This document shows positions 8,247-17,894 of a stretch of 64,000 nt of DNA, piece by piece. The notes beneath the pieces are model-generated. The model saw only the letters and a list, made by a program, of their open reading frames with translations, ran no database searches and had not been told where the DNA came from. The stretch is from Candidatus Bathyarchaeia archaeon (GTDB lineage: Archaea > Thermoproteota > Bathyarchaeia > Bathyarchaeales > Bathycorpusculaceae). The translations under genes and the position numbers were made by a program. The DNA lies in the NCBI GenBank assembly GCA_050015395.1, contig JBEKBM010000003.1, forward strand, positions 64,001-128,000. Reading direction: 5' to 3'. Numbering within the stretch: the first letter of the stretch is position 1; each line of letters begins with the position of its first letter.

Positions 8247-9173
8247 ATGAATTATTGGTTTATTGTTCACGGTTTAAAGGCTTATGAGCAACATAATGAT
8301 TTGATCGGCTGTAGATTGAAAAAGCCTGGTGTTCATGAACCTTGGTTCAAACAGTTCTCTGAAATCAAGAAGGGTGATAAGATTGTTTATTATGCAACTG
8401 GAAGCAATGTTATCGTTGGAATTTTTGTTATAGATTCCGACATGAGATATCTTCCTAATGACCCTTACTGGGATGACATGGTTTTTGACATCCGACCAAT
8501 AGAAATGCCTCCAAACGGTTACTACATGGACTTCAAGAAAGCGATCTCCATTGACAAACGAGCCAACTTTGACTTATTTCCTAAGAAGGAAACATGGTAT
8601 TCGTATCTACAGGGTAAGCCATGTAGGAAACTCTCAGAGCATGATTTTTTGATAATGAAAGACTATTTACGAAGAAGCGAATTGTTGGTTAAAATAAATG
8701 ATGTAAAACCGCCTGAAACAAAGAAGCCGAAAGACCTCATTGGAGAAGTGGAAAATAACAAATCATCTTTGCATGATTCATTTATTGATTCTCTGGTTAC
8801 AATCGGCGAGATTTTTGGCTTCGAATCAATAAGAAAGCCGAGCGTTAATGATTTGAGGCCCGAGGGTCAGCCATTCAAAGCTAAAGACAAGGCACTAGAT
8901 CTTGCTTGGAAGATTTTTGGCTTAACGTATGTTCCTTTCGAAGTGCAAGTCCATGGTAGCGTCCCCGATTTGATTTATAGGCTACATATGGTTCATCAAT
9001 GGTCCCTTAAGATTGTAGTTATTGCTGATGAAGAATGGCATGAAGAGATATTAGAAGCTGCGCAAGTGTACCCTTTTGCGGGAAAGCTGGTTTTAATTAA
9101 GCCTAAGGAAATAGAAAGTGCAAAAAGCAATTTTGAGGAATTAAAAAAACTGCGTCAAAAAATATTTGAATAG
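8247..9173 (+). CDS. EVE-domain protein with a C-terminal PD-(D/E)xK-like nuclease domain
   Basis: MNYWF...IKKGDKIVYY...IVGIF...YLQG (EVE); LDLAW...FEVQ nuclease-like motif; AT-rich. Confidence 0.7.
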   Translation: MNYWFIVHGLKAYEQHNDLIGCRLKKPGVHEPWFKQFSEIKKGDKIVYYATGSNVIVGIFVIDSDMRYLPNDPYWDDMVFDIRPIEMPPNGYYMDFKKAISIDKRANFDLFPKKETWYSYLQGKPCRKLSEHDFLIMKDYLRRSELLVKINDVKPPETKKPKDLIGEVENNKSSLHDSFIDSLVTIGEIFGFESIRKPSVNDLRPEGQPFKAKDKALDLAWKIFGLTYVPFEVQVHGSVPDLIYRLHMVHQWSLKIVVIADEEWHEEILEAAQVYPFAGKLVLIKPKEIESAKSNFEELKKLRQKIFE

Positions 9174-9252
9174 GCTTTTTCGAGGCTGATTTTCTTCTTT
9201 ATTTTTTTTGTGTTAGCCATTCAATGTATCTGTCCATGATGAATCAAGAGAT

Positions 9253-10320
9253 TTAGCAGATTCTTGGCACTGGGTCGCCTATGGGTCTTGCGATTATTCT
9301 TTTGCCGCCGACCTCTGTTTGCATGGCGACGCCTTTGAATTGTGTTGTGGCTTCGCCGATTATCTGCGCGTTTTTGCCCTCTTCCGTCTGCTTCAAAAAT
9401 TCCAGTGCTTCCTGCGCCTTCTCGTGAACGATGCCGATTATGTATTTTCCCTCATTTCCAACTTCCAGCGGGTCTAACCCAAGCATATCGCAAGCTGTTT
9501 GCACGTCCTGTCGAATGGGAACTTTGTCTTCATGTGTTAAAATGCCGACTTTTGATTTCTCAGCCCACTCATTAAGCGCATCAGCCAACCCACCTCTAGT
9601 CGGGTCTTTCACTGAGACTACTCCGCCTACCTCGCCCAGTAAGCGTTGCGTCATGCGGTTGAGCGGTCGCACATCCGACTTTATTTCGCTCCCGAAAGTC
9701 AAGCCCTGCTGCGCCGAAAGCACAGCTAACCCGTGGTCGCCGATTGTGCCAGTCAAGATGATTTTATCGCCCGCCACAAGGTTCGAGTCAAGCGTCCAAC
9801 GTGAGGCAACGCTTCGGTATTGCCGAGCCACTTTTATGTCGCTGTCTAAGGCGGGTGTTCTTTTGCCTATGCCTGAAACGTTCATGACCAAGCCGCCTAA
9901 ACTGCCCTTCTCCACCACCTTCGTGTCGCCCGTGACGATGCCGACGCCTGCTTCAATGCAGGTTTCCCGCATACTTACCAAAATCCTTTCTAAATCAGCA
10001 AGCGGCAAGCCTTCCTCCAAAATAAAACCGCAAGCCAACGCGTAAGGCTGCGCGCCCATAGCTGAAATATCATTAACGGTGCCTGAAATTGCCAAGCGCC
10101 CAATGTCACCGCCCGGGAAAAATATGGGTTTAACCGCGTGAGAATCACTCTTAAACACCACATCGCCGATGACTGCGGCGTCATCCATAGCTTCCAATGG
10201 CACCTCAGCATCGTTGCCTAAACCGCCAAAATATTTTACAATATAGTTTTTGACTAGGTTGTGCATGACTGTGCCGCCAGCACCATGCAGCATGGTGATC
10301 TTTTCGTTTTTGCTTGGCAT
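9253..10320 (-). CDS. hypE: Hydrogenase maturation carbamoyl dehydratase
   Basis: HGAGG, DSHAVKPIFFPGGDIG, GDTKVV, DPTRGGL, C-terminal PRIC. Confidence 0.97.
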   Translation of the reverse strand: MPSKNEKITMLHGAGGTVMHNLVKNYIVKYFGGLGNDAEVPLEAMDDAAVIGDVVFKSDSHAVKPIFFPGGDIGRLAISGTVNDISAMGAQPYALACGFILEEGLPLADLERILVSMRETCIEAGVGIVTGDTKVVEKGSLGGLVMNVSGIGKRTPALDSDIKVARQYRSVASRWTLDSNLVAGDKIILTGTIGDHGLAVLSAQQGLTFGSEIKSDVRPLNRMTQRLLGEVGGVVSVKDPTRGGLADALNEWAEKSKVGILTHEDKVPIRQDVQTACDMLGLDPLEVGNEGKYIIGIVHEKAQEALEFLKQTEEGKNAQIIGEATTQFKGVAMQTEVGGKRIIARPIGDPVPRIC

Positions 10321-10462
10321 TCCTTGCTTCCTGCTTAATAGATACAATAGCAAATACTCTGAGAAGTGAAACATAAACAAATCGCCATAGGAAACAGTTT
10401 TTAGTTTAACAAAACTTATTTTTAGCGGCTTCATCCATTATAAAATCTCAGGTGAATAACAA

Positions 10463-10657
10463 GTGACTGTGGCTATCGACGAAGATGAAGTGAAGCTGGT
10501 TCTTGAAAAACTTGACACGGTGAAACTTGAACTTTTACGTTTAAGAGCTATGCTTTTGTCTGAAGAGGAAGCAACTGACGAAGAGAAAAAAGAACTGGTT
10601 AAAGCCAAAAAAGAAATAGAAAAAGGGTCAAAAGTCAAATTAGAGGAATTTTTTTAA
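10463..10657 (+). CDS. Small acidic antitoxin-like protein with no adjacent toxin
   Basis: GGTGA SD; EEEATDEEKKEL...EIEKGSKVKLEE resembles archaeal RelB-like antitoxin C-termini. Confidence 0.55.
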   Translation: MTVAIDEDEVKLVLEKLDTVKLELLRLRAMLLSEEEATDEEKKELVKAKKEIEKGSKVKLEEFF

Positions 10658-10922
10658 AGCTTCTCGGAAAGCATGAAACATTAAATTTTTAATTGATAGG
10701 ACGTGCTTTTCTAGGTTTCGAGCGACTATGTAGAGCCAAGAGCCTTTTTTTGGAAAAACTATAAAAGCTTAAACGTAGTCCAAAAATTATACACCTCGCG
10801 AAACGAAATTCATCCCTCTATCAGGGAACTTAACTAGTCGGTTTAGACTAAAATCTTAGTTGTGATACGGAAAGCCATATAAATTGCTTTTACGTGTTTG
10901 ATTGCGCATCGGAGATATAATA

Positions 10923-11408
10923 ATGCCAAAATGGGGATACTCAATAATCGAAGAAATGCTTGATCCAGAAAAAACAGCGAAAGCAAGCGGTAGAGAACTC
11001 AAAGTATCCCATAAAGCGGCAAGAGAAGTCTGCAAAGCCATCAAAGGCATGATGCTAAACGATGCGAAACAGTATTTGCGGGATGTTGCAGCCAAAAAGA
11101 AGGCTGTTCCCTACATGAGGTACAACAAAAAACTGCCCCATCGCCATGGGCTCATAAATGCCTTTTGTGGACGATACCCAATCAAAGCTTCACAACAAAT
11201 CCTCGACGTCCTAGGATCGGCGCAGTCAAACGCTGAAAATAAAGGTTTAGACGTAGATAGGTTGCGCATAATTCACGCAGCAGCCTACCAAGGCATCAAA
11301 CTAAAACGTTACATGAAAAGAGCGCACGGTAGAGCTTCACCAAAATATGACACTACAACGCACGTCGAAATAGTTCTAGACGAGAAACCCACCCAAGGAG
11401 CACAATAA
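10923..11408 (+). CDS. rpl22: 50S ribosomal protein L22 (uL22)
   Basis: MPKWGYS...GRYPIKA...RAHGRAS. Confidence 0.97.
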   Translation: MPKWGYSIIEEMLDPEKTAKASGRELKVSHKAAREVCKAIKGMMLNDAKQYLRDVAAKKKAVPYMRYNKKLPHRHGLINAFCGRYPIKASQQILDVLGSAQSNAENKGLDVDRLRIIHAAAYQGIKLKRYMKRAHGRASPKYDTTTHVEIVLDEKPTQGAQ

Positions 11409-12137
11409 ATGAGCATAGTCAAACGTTTTATAACAGAATCAATCAAAAGAACAGAAATAGATGAATTTTTACAAAAAAAACTTGACAGAGCCGGATACGG
11501 CGGAGTAAACATTTCCAAAACTCCGCTTGGAACTCATGTTGTAATTTACGCCATGCGTCCAGGTTTAGTCATCGGCAGAGGCGGAGAAACAATAAAAGAA
11601 CTCGCCTCAGCCCTAGAGCAAAACTTCAAAGTTTCCAATCCTCAGATTTCAGTTTCAGAAATCGAAGTTCCAGAATTCAACGCTTACGTGGTCGCGTCAC
11701 GAGTTGCCTCAGCGCTTCAGCGAGGCGTTCACTTTAGGCGCGCAGGTTTTTGGGCATTAAATCAAGTTATGGAAGCAGGCGCACTTGGCGCTGAAATAGT
11801 TATAAGCGGAAAACTTAGCACGGAACGAGCACGTTTTGAAAAGTTCAGAGCTGGCTACTTCCCACGATGCGGAGAGCCAGCTTTAGTGGCTATGAGAAAA
11901 GCTGAAGCTCATGTCCTATTAAAACCAGGCATTATCGGCGTGAGAGTAAAAATTATGCCGCCGGACGCGTATTTCCCTGATAGAATCAAAATTCTCGAGG
12001 CAGCGCCCGAGGAAGAAAAAATAGCTGTTCCAAAGCAAGCACCACTTCAAACTAAAGAAGAGTCTCAGGCAGAGCCAGAAGCAGAAGTACAAGCAACAGA
12101 AATCGCAGACGAACCAAAAGAGGAGGCAAAAAAGTAA
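11409..12137 (+). CDS. rps3: 30S ribosomal protein S3 (uS3)
   Basis: RPGLVIGRGG KH motif; GAEIVISGKL. Confidence 0.97.
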   Translation: MSIVKRFITESIKRTEIDEFLQKKLDRAGYGGVNISKTPLGTHVVIYAMRPGLVIGRGGETIKELASALEQNFKVSNPQISVSEIEVPEFNAYVVASRVASALQRGVHFRRAGFWALNQVMEAGALGAEIVISGKLSTERARFEKFRAGYFPRCGEPALVAMRKAEAHVLLKPGIIGVRVKIMPPDAYFPDRIKILEAAPEEEKIAVPKQAPLQTKEESQAEPEAEVQATEIADEPKEEAKK

Positions 12138-12443
12138 ATGCCAAGAATGCGAATCAAAGAAATCGTCGACATGTCCTCTGAAGATAGAACAAAGAAACTT
12201 GTTGATTTACGCGTTGAACTAGTCCGCCTCAGAACCATGATTAACGCAGGCGGAGCAGTTGAAAACCCAACAAGAGTAAGAGAACTGCGAAAAACAATCG
12301 CTCAAATATTAACAGTGGAAAACGAGAATAAATTGGGAATTAGGAAAGCCTCTGAGGAACCTGAGAAGAAACAAAAGAAAAAAGCAGAGAAACCAGCAAA
12401 GAAGCCTGAGGCTGAAAAAGAAACTGAGGAGACTTCCCAATGA
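12138..12443 (+). CDS. rpl29: 50S ribosomal protein L29 (uL29) with charged tail
   Basis: ENPTRVRELRKTIAQILT; operon position. Confidence 0.95.
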   Translation: MPRMRIKEIVDMSSEDRTKKLVDLRVELVRLRTMINAGGAVENPTRVRELRKTIAQILTVENENKLGIRKASEEPEKKQKKKAEKPAKKPEAEKETEETSQ

Positions 12444-12721
12444 AAGTAACCCCCGATATTATTCGTTATGAGTTTATTGGCGCTGAAGGCAAAGTCGCCA
12501 GAAGCCCTCATGAATGCTACGTTGGCTTAGGCGGCAAAGTCGTTGGCGAAACAAAAAACACTTTCACTTTCCTACGGGAAGGGCAAGCGAAGAGTGTAAT
12601 TAAAGAATCAGCCGTCTTCAACTTTAAGTTTGATGATGGCACAGTTGTAGAGATTGACGGTAAACTTTTAGTCGGCAGATCTGAGGATCGACTTAAAAAA
12701 AGCATTAAGAGGTTATGGTAA
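12440..12721 (+). CDS. rnp1: RNase P protein subunit p29 (Rpp29/POP4)
   Basis: EFIG...GKVVGETKNT...IDGKLLVGRSEDRLK. Confidence 0.93.
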   Translation: MKVTPDIIRYEFIGAEGKVARSPHECYVGLGGKVVGETKNTFTFLREGQAKSVIKESAVFNFKFDDGTVVEIDGKLLVGRSEDRLKKSIKRLW

Positions 12722-13041
12722 TGTCATTATCTTTTAAGCAACCTAAAAAAACATGCGATGACCAAAACTGTCCATTCCATGGGACTCTTGCAATAAGAGG
12801 GCGTGTGCTCGACGGCAGAGTCCACACGGCTAAAATGGATAAAACCGTTATAGTTGACAGAGAATTCTTACAGTTCTCATCGAAATTCCAACGGTACGAA
12901 CGAAGGCACGGTCACATTGCATCCCACAACCCACCATGTATCGATGTTAAAGAAGGCGACAGAGTAAGAATCGCCGAGTGCAGACCAGTCAGCAAAACCG
13001 TTTCTTTTGTTGTGGTTGAAAAATTAGGAGAGGAGAAGTAG
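12715..13041 (+). CDS. rps17: 30S ribosomal protein S17 (uS17)
   Basis: CDDQNCPFHG, KMDKTV, ECRPVSKT. Confidence 0.97.
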   Translation: MVMSLSFKQPKKTCDDQNCPFHGTLAIRGRVLDGRVHTAKMDKTVIVDREFLQFSSKFQRYERRHGHIASHNPPCIDVKEGDRVRIAECRPVSKTVSFVVVEKLGEEK

Positions 13042-13042
13042 A

Positions 13043-13483
13043 ATGGCGGCAAAAGCAAAACAGAGAGCACTTGTAGCAAAAGGAATGCTTTCACACGGAC
13101 AAAAAATTAGCCGTGGTCTTTTATCAGGTTCAGAATTAAAGTGCGCCGATAACACGGGTGCACGAGTACTGCGCTTGATTCAGGCCATGGGTTATAAAGG
13201 TCGACTGCGACGTTACCCATCTGCCACTGTAGGCGATAAAGTAACGGTTTCTGTTAGGCAAGGGTCGCCTGACATGAGGAAAAAGATTTTCCAAGCAGTA
13301 ATTGTTCGTCAAAGAAAAACTTTCAGACGCGTGGATGGTGTTTGGGTTCAGTTTGAAGATAACGCGGCAGTAATCATTACTCCTGATGGTGAAATGAAAG
13401 GTTCAGAAATAAGAGGTCCAGTAGCTAGAGAGGCAGCCGAAAGATGGCCAAGAATTGCAAGTGCCTCCAGCATAATAGTGTAG
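13043..13483 (+). CDS. rpl14: 50S ribosomal protein L14 (uL14)
   Basis: CADNTGA, FEDNAAV, GPVAREAAERWP. Confidence 0.97.
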   Translation: MAAKAKQRALVAKGMLSHGQKISRGLLSGSELKCADNTGARVLRLIQAMGYKGRLRRYPSATVGDKVTVSVRQGSPDMRKKIFQAVIVRQRKTFRRVDGVWVQFEDNAAVIITPDGEMKGSEIRGPVAREAAERWPRIASASSIIV

Positions 13484-13494
13484 GTGCAAAGACG

Positions 13495-14388
13495 ATGCAA
13501 GATACTAAACGAGTAAAAAATCCTGATAAACAACGAAAAAAGCTTTTTAACGCTCCTGCTCACCTGCGCCACAAGCGTATGGCGGCTCCCCTATCAAACG
13601 AGCTCGCTGCTTCAAGAGGCGCAAAAACTCTTCCAGTAAGAAAGGGCGACACAGTTCGCATTCAACGCGGAGACAACAAGGGCTTTGAAGGCAAAGTTTC
13701 ACGCGTTGACACGAAAGAATACCGAATCTACATTGAAGGGTTTACACGTGAAAAGGTTGATGGTACAAACATTTTCCTTCCAGTTCACCCGTCCAAAGTT
13801 GAAATAAGAAATCTCAACCTTGACGATAAATGGCGAAAAGACATCATCCTTGGCAGAAAGAAGGAAATAGAAAAGCCTGAGAAAAAAGAAAAAGAAAAAG
13901 CAAAACCATCAAAGAAAGTTGAAAAGACTCCAGAGCAGCCGCAAGCAAAGGTTGAAGAGATAGAAGAAGAAAAACCTGTTGAAGCACCATCAATTGAAGA
14001 AAAAGCAGCAGCGCCTGAAATTGCAAAAGAAGAAGCACCAGCAGAACAAGTTCCTGAGAAAGTAGCAGAGAAGGCAGTGGAAAAAGCTCCAGCAGCCAAG
14101 AAGCCTGCAGCAAAGAAAGCGCCAGCCAAGAAGCCTGCAGCCAAGAAGCCTGTAGCCAAGAAACCTGCCGCTAAAAAAGTAGCCGCAGCGAAAAAGAAAC
14201 CTGCCAAGGAAGAAGCTCCGGTAGAAGAAGAAAAGGCGCCTGCTAAAAAGGCAGCAAGGCCAAGGACAGCAGCAAAGAAAACAGCTGCATCGAAAGAAGC
14301 ACCAGCAAAAGAGGCGGTAGCCAAGAAAACGGCGCCTAAGCCGCGTGCTAAACGTAAAACCTCTAAAGAAACTGAGGGAGGACAATAA
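13495..14388 (+). CDS. rpl24: 50S ribosomal protein L24 (uL24) with a long Lys/Ala/Pro/Glu-rich extension
   Basis: PDKQRK, VRKGDTV, HPSKVEI; tail with AKKPAAKK repeats. Confidence 0.95.
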   Translation: MQDTKRVKNPDKQRKKLFNAPAHLRHKRMAAPLSNELAASRGAKTLPVRKGDTVRIQRGDNKGFEGKVSRVDTKEYRIYIEGFTREKVDGTNIFLPVHPSKVEIRNLNLDDKWRKDIILGRKKEIEKPEKKEKEKAKPSKKVEKTPEQPQAKVEEIEEEKPVEAPSIEEKAAAPEIAKEEAPAEQVPEKVAEKAVEKAPAAKKPAAKKAPAKKPAAKKPVAKKPAAKKVAAAKKKPAKEEAPVEEEKAPAKKAARPRTAAKKTAASKEAPAKEAVAKKTAPKPRAKRKTSKETEGGQ

Positions 14389-14390
14389 TT

Positions 14391-15155
14391 TTGGGTAAAA
14401 AAGGAAAAACAGCAAGGCTGAAACGTAAGCCAGCTCCAAGGTTCTGGCCAATTCACAGAAAAGATCTGCCATGGATAGTGAAGCCCTCATCTGGTTCTCA
14501 CTCGCTCCAGAGTTGTCTACCATTAACGTTAGTTCTTCGAGACATTCTAGGCATTGCGCAAACAAGGAAAGAAGGCAAATTGATACTTGCTCAAGGCAAA
14601 GTACAGGTTGACGGGAAAGTCAGGAAAAAAGATGATTTTCCAGTCGGCTTGATGGATGTTATCTCCATGCCTGATGCAAACAAGTATTACCGTGTAATGC
14701 CGTCCAATAAGGGGCTGGTTTTAAATCCAATAAGCAAAGAAGAAGCAAACTTCAAACTAGTTCGCGTTGAAGATAAAACCACTGTTAAAAACGGCATGCA
14801 AATCGCACTTCATGACGGCTCAAACATACTCATAAAAGTTGCAGACCCGAAAAAACCATCAGAAGTCACCTACGACACTTTTGATATTCTAAAAATCGCT
14901 TATCCAGAAAAACAAGTAGTTCTTAGCTTGAAAACCAAGGAAGGAAACTTAGCAGTGATTACTGGCGGAAAAAACATCGGCAAACAAGGCAAAATCGTTG
15001 AAATAGAAAAGACTGAGGCTAAAAAACGACGGCAAGCCCTAGTAGTTATAGAAGACGCGAGCGGTGTTCGTTATCAAACAATCTTAGACTTCATCTTTTC
15101 CATAGGTGAAGCTGAACCATTAATAGGTGTACCGGAGGCATCTGCGGTTGTCTGA
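14391..15155 (+). CDS. rps4e: 30S ribosomal protein S4e (eS4)
   Basis: LKRKPAPRFWPI, FPVGLMDVI, GGKNIG. Confidence 0.97.
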   Translation: MGKKGKTARLKRKPAPRFWPIHRKDLPWIVKPSSGSHSLQSCLPLTLVLRDILGIAQTRKEGKLILAQGKVQVDGKVRKKDDFPVGLMDVISMPDANKYYRVMPSNKGLVLNPISKEEANFKLVRVEDKTTVKNGMQIALHDGSNILIKVADPKKPSEVTYDTFDILKIAYPEKQVVLSLKTKEGNLAVITGGKNIGKQGKIVEIEKTEAKKRRQALVVIEDASGVRYQTILDFIFSIGEAEPLIGVPEASAVV

Positions 15156-15690
15156 GGAAGTTGCTTTAGTTAAGAGCTGGGAAGAGCATCCAATGCTCAA
15201 GCCCCGAATTGAAAAAGTTGTGGTGAACCTTAACGTTGGAAAATCAGGTGAGCCGCTTGAAAAAGCTAATAAAGTGCTCAAAGAAATAACGGGTCAGACG
15301 CCGATAAAGAAAAAAGCTAAAAAAACTATCCGTGACTTTGGCATACGTGAAGGAGAATCAATCGCTGTTGTCGTAACACTGCGAAAGCAAAAGGCAATTG
15401 ACTTCCTAAAGAAAGTGTTATCTGTCGTTGATAACAAGATTTCAAAGTCTTCTTTTGATGTGCATGGTAACTTTGCTTTCGGTCTTAAAGAGCACATTGA
15501 AATTCCAGGTGTAAAATATGACCCTGACATAGGCATCTTTGGAATGGATATTTGTGTTTCTGTTAATCGTCCAGGGCAACGAGTGAAAATTCGACGCAAA
15601 GAAAAGCAAGCCATTGGTCGTAAGCACATGTTAACACCTGAAGAATCAATTATCTTCGTCAAACAAACGTTAGGAGTCGAAATCGTTTAA
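15148..15690 (+). CDS. rpl5: 50S ribosomal protein L5 (uL5)
   Basis: KVVVNLNVGKSGE, KYDPDIGIFGMD; TTG start after GGAGG. Confidence 0.96.
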   Translation: MSEEVALVKSWEEHPMLKPRIEKVVVNLNVGKSGEPLEKANKVLKEITGQTPIKKKAKKTIRDFGIREGESIAVVVTLRKQKAIDFLKKVLSVVDNKISKSSFDVHGNFAFGLKEHIEIPGVKYDPDIGIFGMDICVSVNRPGQRVKIRRKEKQAIGRKHMLTPEESIIFVKQTLGVEIV

Positions 15691-15705
15691 ACAGAGGCTG
15701 AATGT

Positions 15706-15870
15706 ATGGGAAAACAACAATTGAAGAAAACACGAAAATACGGCAAAGGTTCACGGCCATGCGTCAGATGCGGCTCTTATGGGCCAGTTATTCGACGGTA
15801 CAATTTATATTTATGTAGGCACTGTTTCAGAGAAGCAGCCCCAAAACTTGGGTTCAAAAAATATGAGTAG
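15706..15870 (+). CDS. rps14: 30S ribosomal protein S14 (uS14, zinc-binding type)
   Basis: Hand translation [54 protein letters not shown]; below the ORF-track cutoff. Confidence 0.96.
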   Translation: MGKQQLKKTRKYGKGSRPCVRCGSYGPVIRRYNLYLCRHCFREAAPKLGFKKYE

Positions 15871-15883
15871 GAGCTAAAAAAAC

Positions 15884-16267
15884 ATGGACACTTTAACAAA
15901 TGGATTGATCACCATCGTAAACAATGAAATGCGAAACAAGCGCGAATGCATAATTAGCCCTGCCTCTAAACTTTTGGGGCGAGTCCTACGCATAATGCAA
16001 CTAAACGGTTACATAGGCGAATTCGAGTTTATCGACGATGGACGCTCTGGAAAATTCAAAGTTCAATTATTAGGCAGAATAAACAAGTGTGGACCAATTA
16101 AACCACGCTACCCAGCTAAAGTGGGTGAATTTGAAGATTGGGAAAAGAAGTACTTGCCCTCCAGAGACTTAGGGATAATGGTTGTTTCCACTTCAAAAGG
16201 CGTAATAGCACACAAGGATGCTGAAGAAAAAAACATTGGAGGAAGGCTGTTAGCCTTCGTGTATTAG
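15884..16267 (+). CDS. rps8: 30S ribosomal protein S8 (uS8)
   Basis: [25 protein letters not shown]. Confidence 0.97.
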   Translation: MDTLTNGLITIVNNEMRNKRECIISPASKLLGRVLRIMQLNGYIGEFEFIDDGRSGKFKVQLLGRINKCGPIKPRYPAKVGEFEDWEKKYLPSRDLGIMVVSTSKGVIAHKDAEEKNIGGRLLAFVY

Positions 16268-16278
16268 GGGTGTAATTT

Positions 16279-16824
16279 ATGCGGCTTCCAGAAATATCTA
16301 AAACTATTCAGGTTCCTGATAACGTGGACGTCAGCCTAGAAGGCAAAAAAGTCAACGTTAAGGGTGCAAAAGGGTCCTTAACACGCGACTTTTCCTTTGT
16401 TCCAATCGCAATAGAAGGCGAGGGCAAAAATATTCGCGTTTGGGCAAAGTGGCCACGCAAAAAGGAAGCCGCTCTTGTAGGAACAATATACTCGCACATT
16501 CAAAACATGATTACTGGAGTAACAAAAGGCTACTCATATAAACTAAAAATCGTGTTCTCGCATTTCCCAATTTCAGTAAAGATTCAAGACAAATCTGTTT
16601 TGATTGAAAACTTTACTGGAGAACGCAAGGCACGCATAGTAAAAATAATCGGCGATGTCAAAGTGAAAATTGAACCTGAAGACATCATTGTTGAAGGCGT
16701 AAACTTGGAAGATGTAAGCCAAACCGCCGCTAACATTGAACAAGCTACAAGAGTAAGACGCAAAGACCCACGTGTTTTCCTTGACGGCATATACGTATAT
16801 GAAAAAAATGAGGGAGTTGCCTAA
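16279..16824 (+). CDS. rpl6: 50S ribosomal protein L6 (uL6)
   Basis: SHFPI, KDPRVFLDGIY. Confidence 0.97.
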   Translation: MRLPEISKTIQVPDNVDVSLEGKKVNVKGAKGSLTRDFSFVPIAIEGEGKNIRVWAKWPRKKEAALVGTIYSHIQNMITGVTKGYSYKLKIVFSHFPISVKIQDKSVLIENFTGERKARIVKIIGDVKVKIEPEDIIVEGVNLEDVSQTAANIEQATRVRRKDPRVFLDGIYVYEKNEGVA

Positions 16825-17441
16825 TGACCGAAAAGACCGAAAGGACCGAAAAGAAGCCATCATTATCACAAAAAGCACTTAAAGTTAGAGCACGCGCTAA
16901 AAACAAGAAACCAGCATTCGTGAGAGCTGAAAGCTGGAAGTATGATAGGTTCAGCTTAAGTTGGCGGAGACCCAGAGGATTAGATAATAAGATTAGACGA
17001 AAAATCAAGGGTTGGCCAGCTGGCGTAAGCGTTGGTTATAAGGGACCAAAAATCGCCAGAGGCTTGCATCCATCAGGATACAGGGAAGTTTTAGTTTACA
17101 ATGTAAAAGACCTATCCACTGTTGACCCTAATACTCAAGCCGCACGCATAGCGCACACAGTCGGCAAAAGAAAGCGCGCCCTAATTATTGCCGAAGCCAA
17201 AAAACTTAACATTAAAATCTTAAATTTCAAAGCTTCACCAGAAACTGAAAAGAAAGAAGAACAAGCAACCGAGGGCGAAGAGCAGACGGAAGAGCAAAAG
17301 GTCAAGAAAGAAGAGAAAGAATTAGAAGATGTCTTCAAAAACGACACGGCAGTGGAAGCGGAAGATAAAAAGGTCGAGGAAGAAGAGGAGACGCCGAAGA
17401 AAACCGAGCCTAAACCTGAGGAGGAAGAAGAGGAACAATGA
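16824..17441 (+). CDS. rpl32e: 50S ribosomal protein L32e with acidic tail
   Basis: SWRRPRGLDNKIR, RGLHPSG. Confidence 0.96.
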   Translation: MTEKTERTEKKPSLSQKALKVRARAKNKKPAFVRAESWKYDRFSLSWRRPRGLDNKIRRKIKGWPAGVSVGYKGPKIARGLHPSGYREVLVYNVKDLSTVDPNTQAARIAHTVGKRKRALIIAEAKKLNIKILNFKASPETEKKEEQATEGEEQTEEQKVKKEEKELEDVFKNDTAVEAEDKKVEEEEETPKKTEPKPEEEEEEQ

Positions 17442-17893
17442 CAGACCTAAGCAGTCAGAGACGGTTAGCGGCTCAAATCTTAAAGATTGGGCAAAACCGC
17501 GTGTGGATTGATCCTGAACGGATGGATGATGTTGATGGCGCAATTACACGTGAAGAAGTAAGAAAGCTAATTCATGAGAAAATCATCGATTCTCTGCCTG
17601 AGAAAGGCGTAAGCAGATCCAGAGCAAAGATTATCCGAGAGAAAAAGCGTAAGGGCAGGCGTAGCGGTCCCGGCAGCATCACTGGCGCTGGCCATGCTAA
17701 GGTAACTAAGAAAGAGGCATGGATGAAAAAGATCAGGTCTCTGAGGCGCAAGCTTCGCGAGTTGAAGGCAAGCAGAATCATAACTGAAAAAACATACAGC
17801 CAGTATTACAGGATGGCTGGCAGCGGAAGGTTCCAGTCTATGGCTGAACTGGAGCGCAATTTAAAAGCTAATGATTTATGGAGGAAACGTTAA
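17438..17893 (+). CDS. rpl19e: 50S ribosomal protein L19e
   Basis: QRRLAAQIL, RVWIDP, AITREEVR. Confidence 0.97.
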   Translation: MTDLSSQRRLAAQILKIGQNRVWIDPERMDDVDGAITREEVRKLIHEKIIDSLPEKGVSRSRAKIIREKKRKGRRSGPGSITGAGHAKVTKKEAWMKKIRSLRRKLRELKASRIITEKTYSQYYRMAGSGRFQSMAELERNLKANDLWRKR

Positions 17894-17894
17894 G

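Noticed and set aside
13785-14565. Long - strand ORFs rich in F/L/A/C
   Set aside because: Antisense shadows of the Lys/Ala-rich L24 tail.
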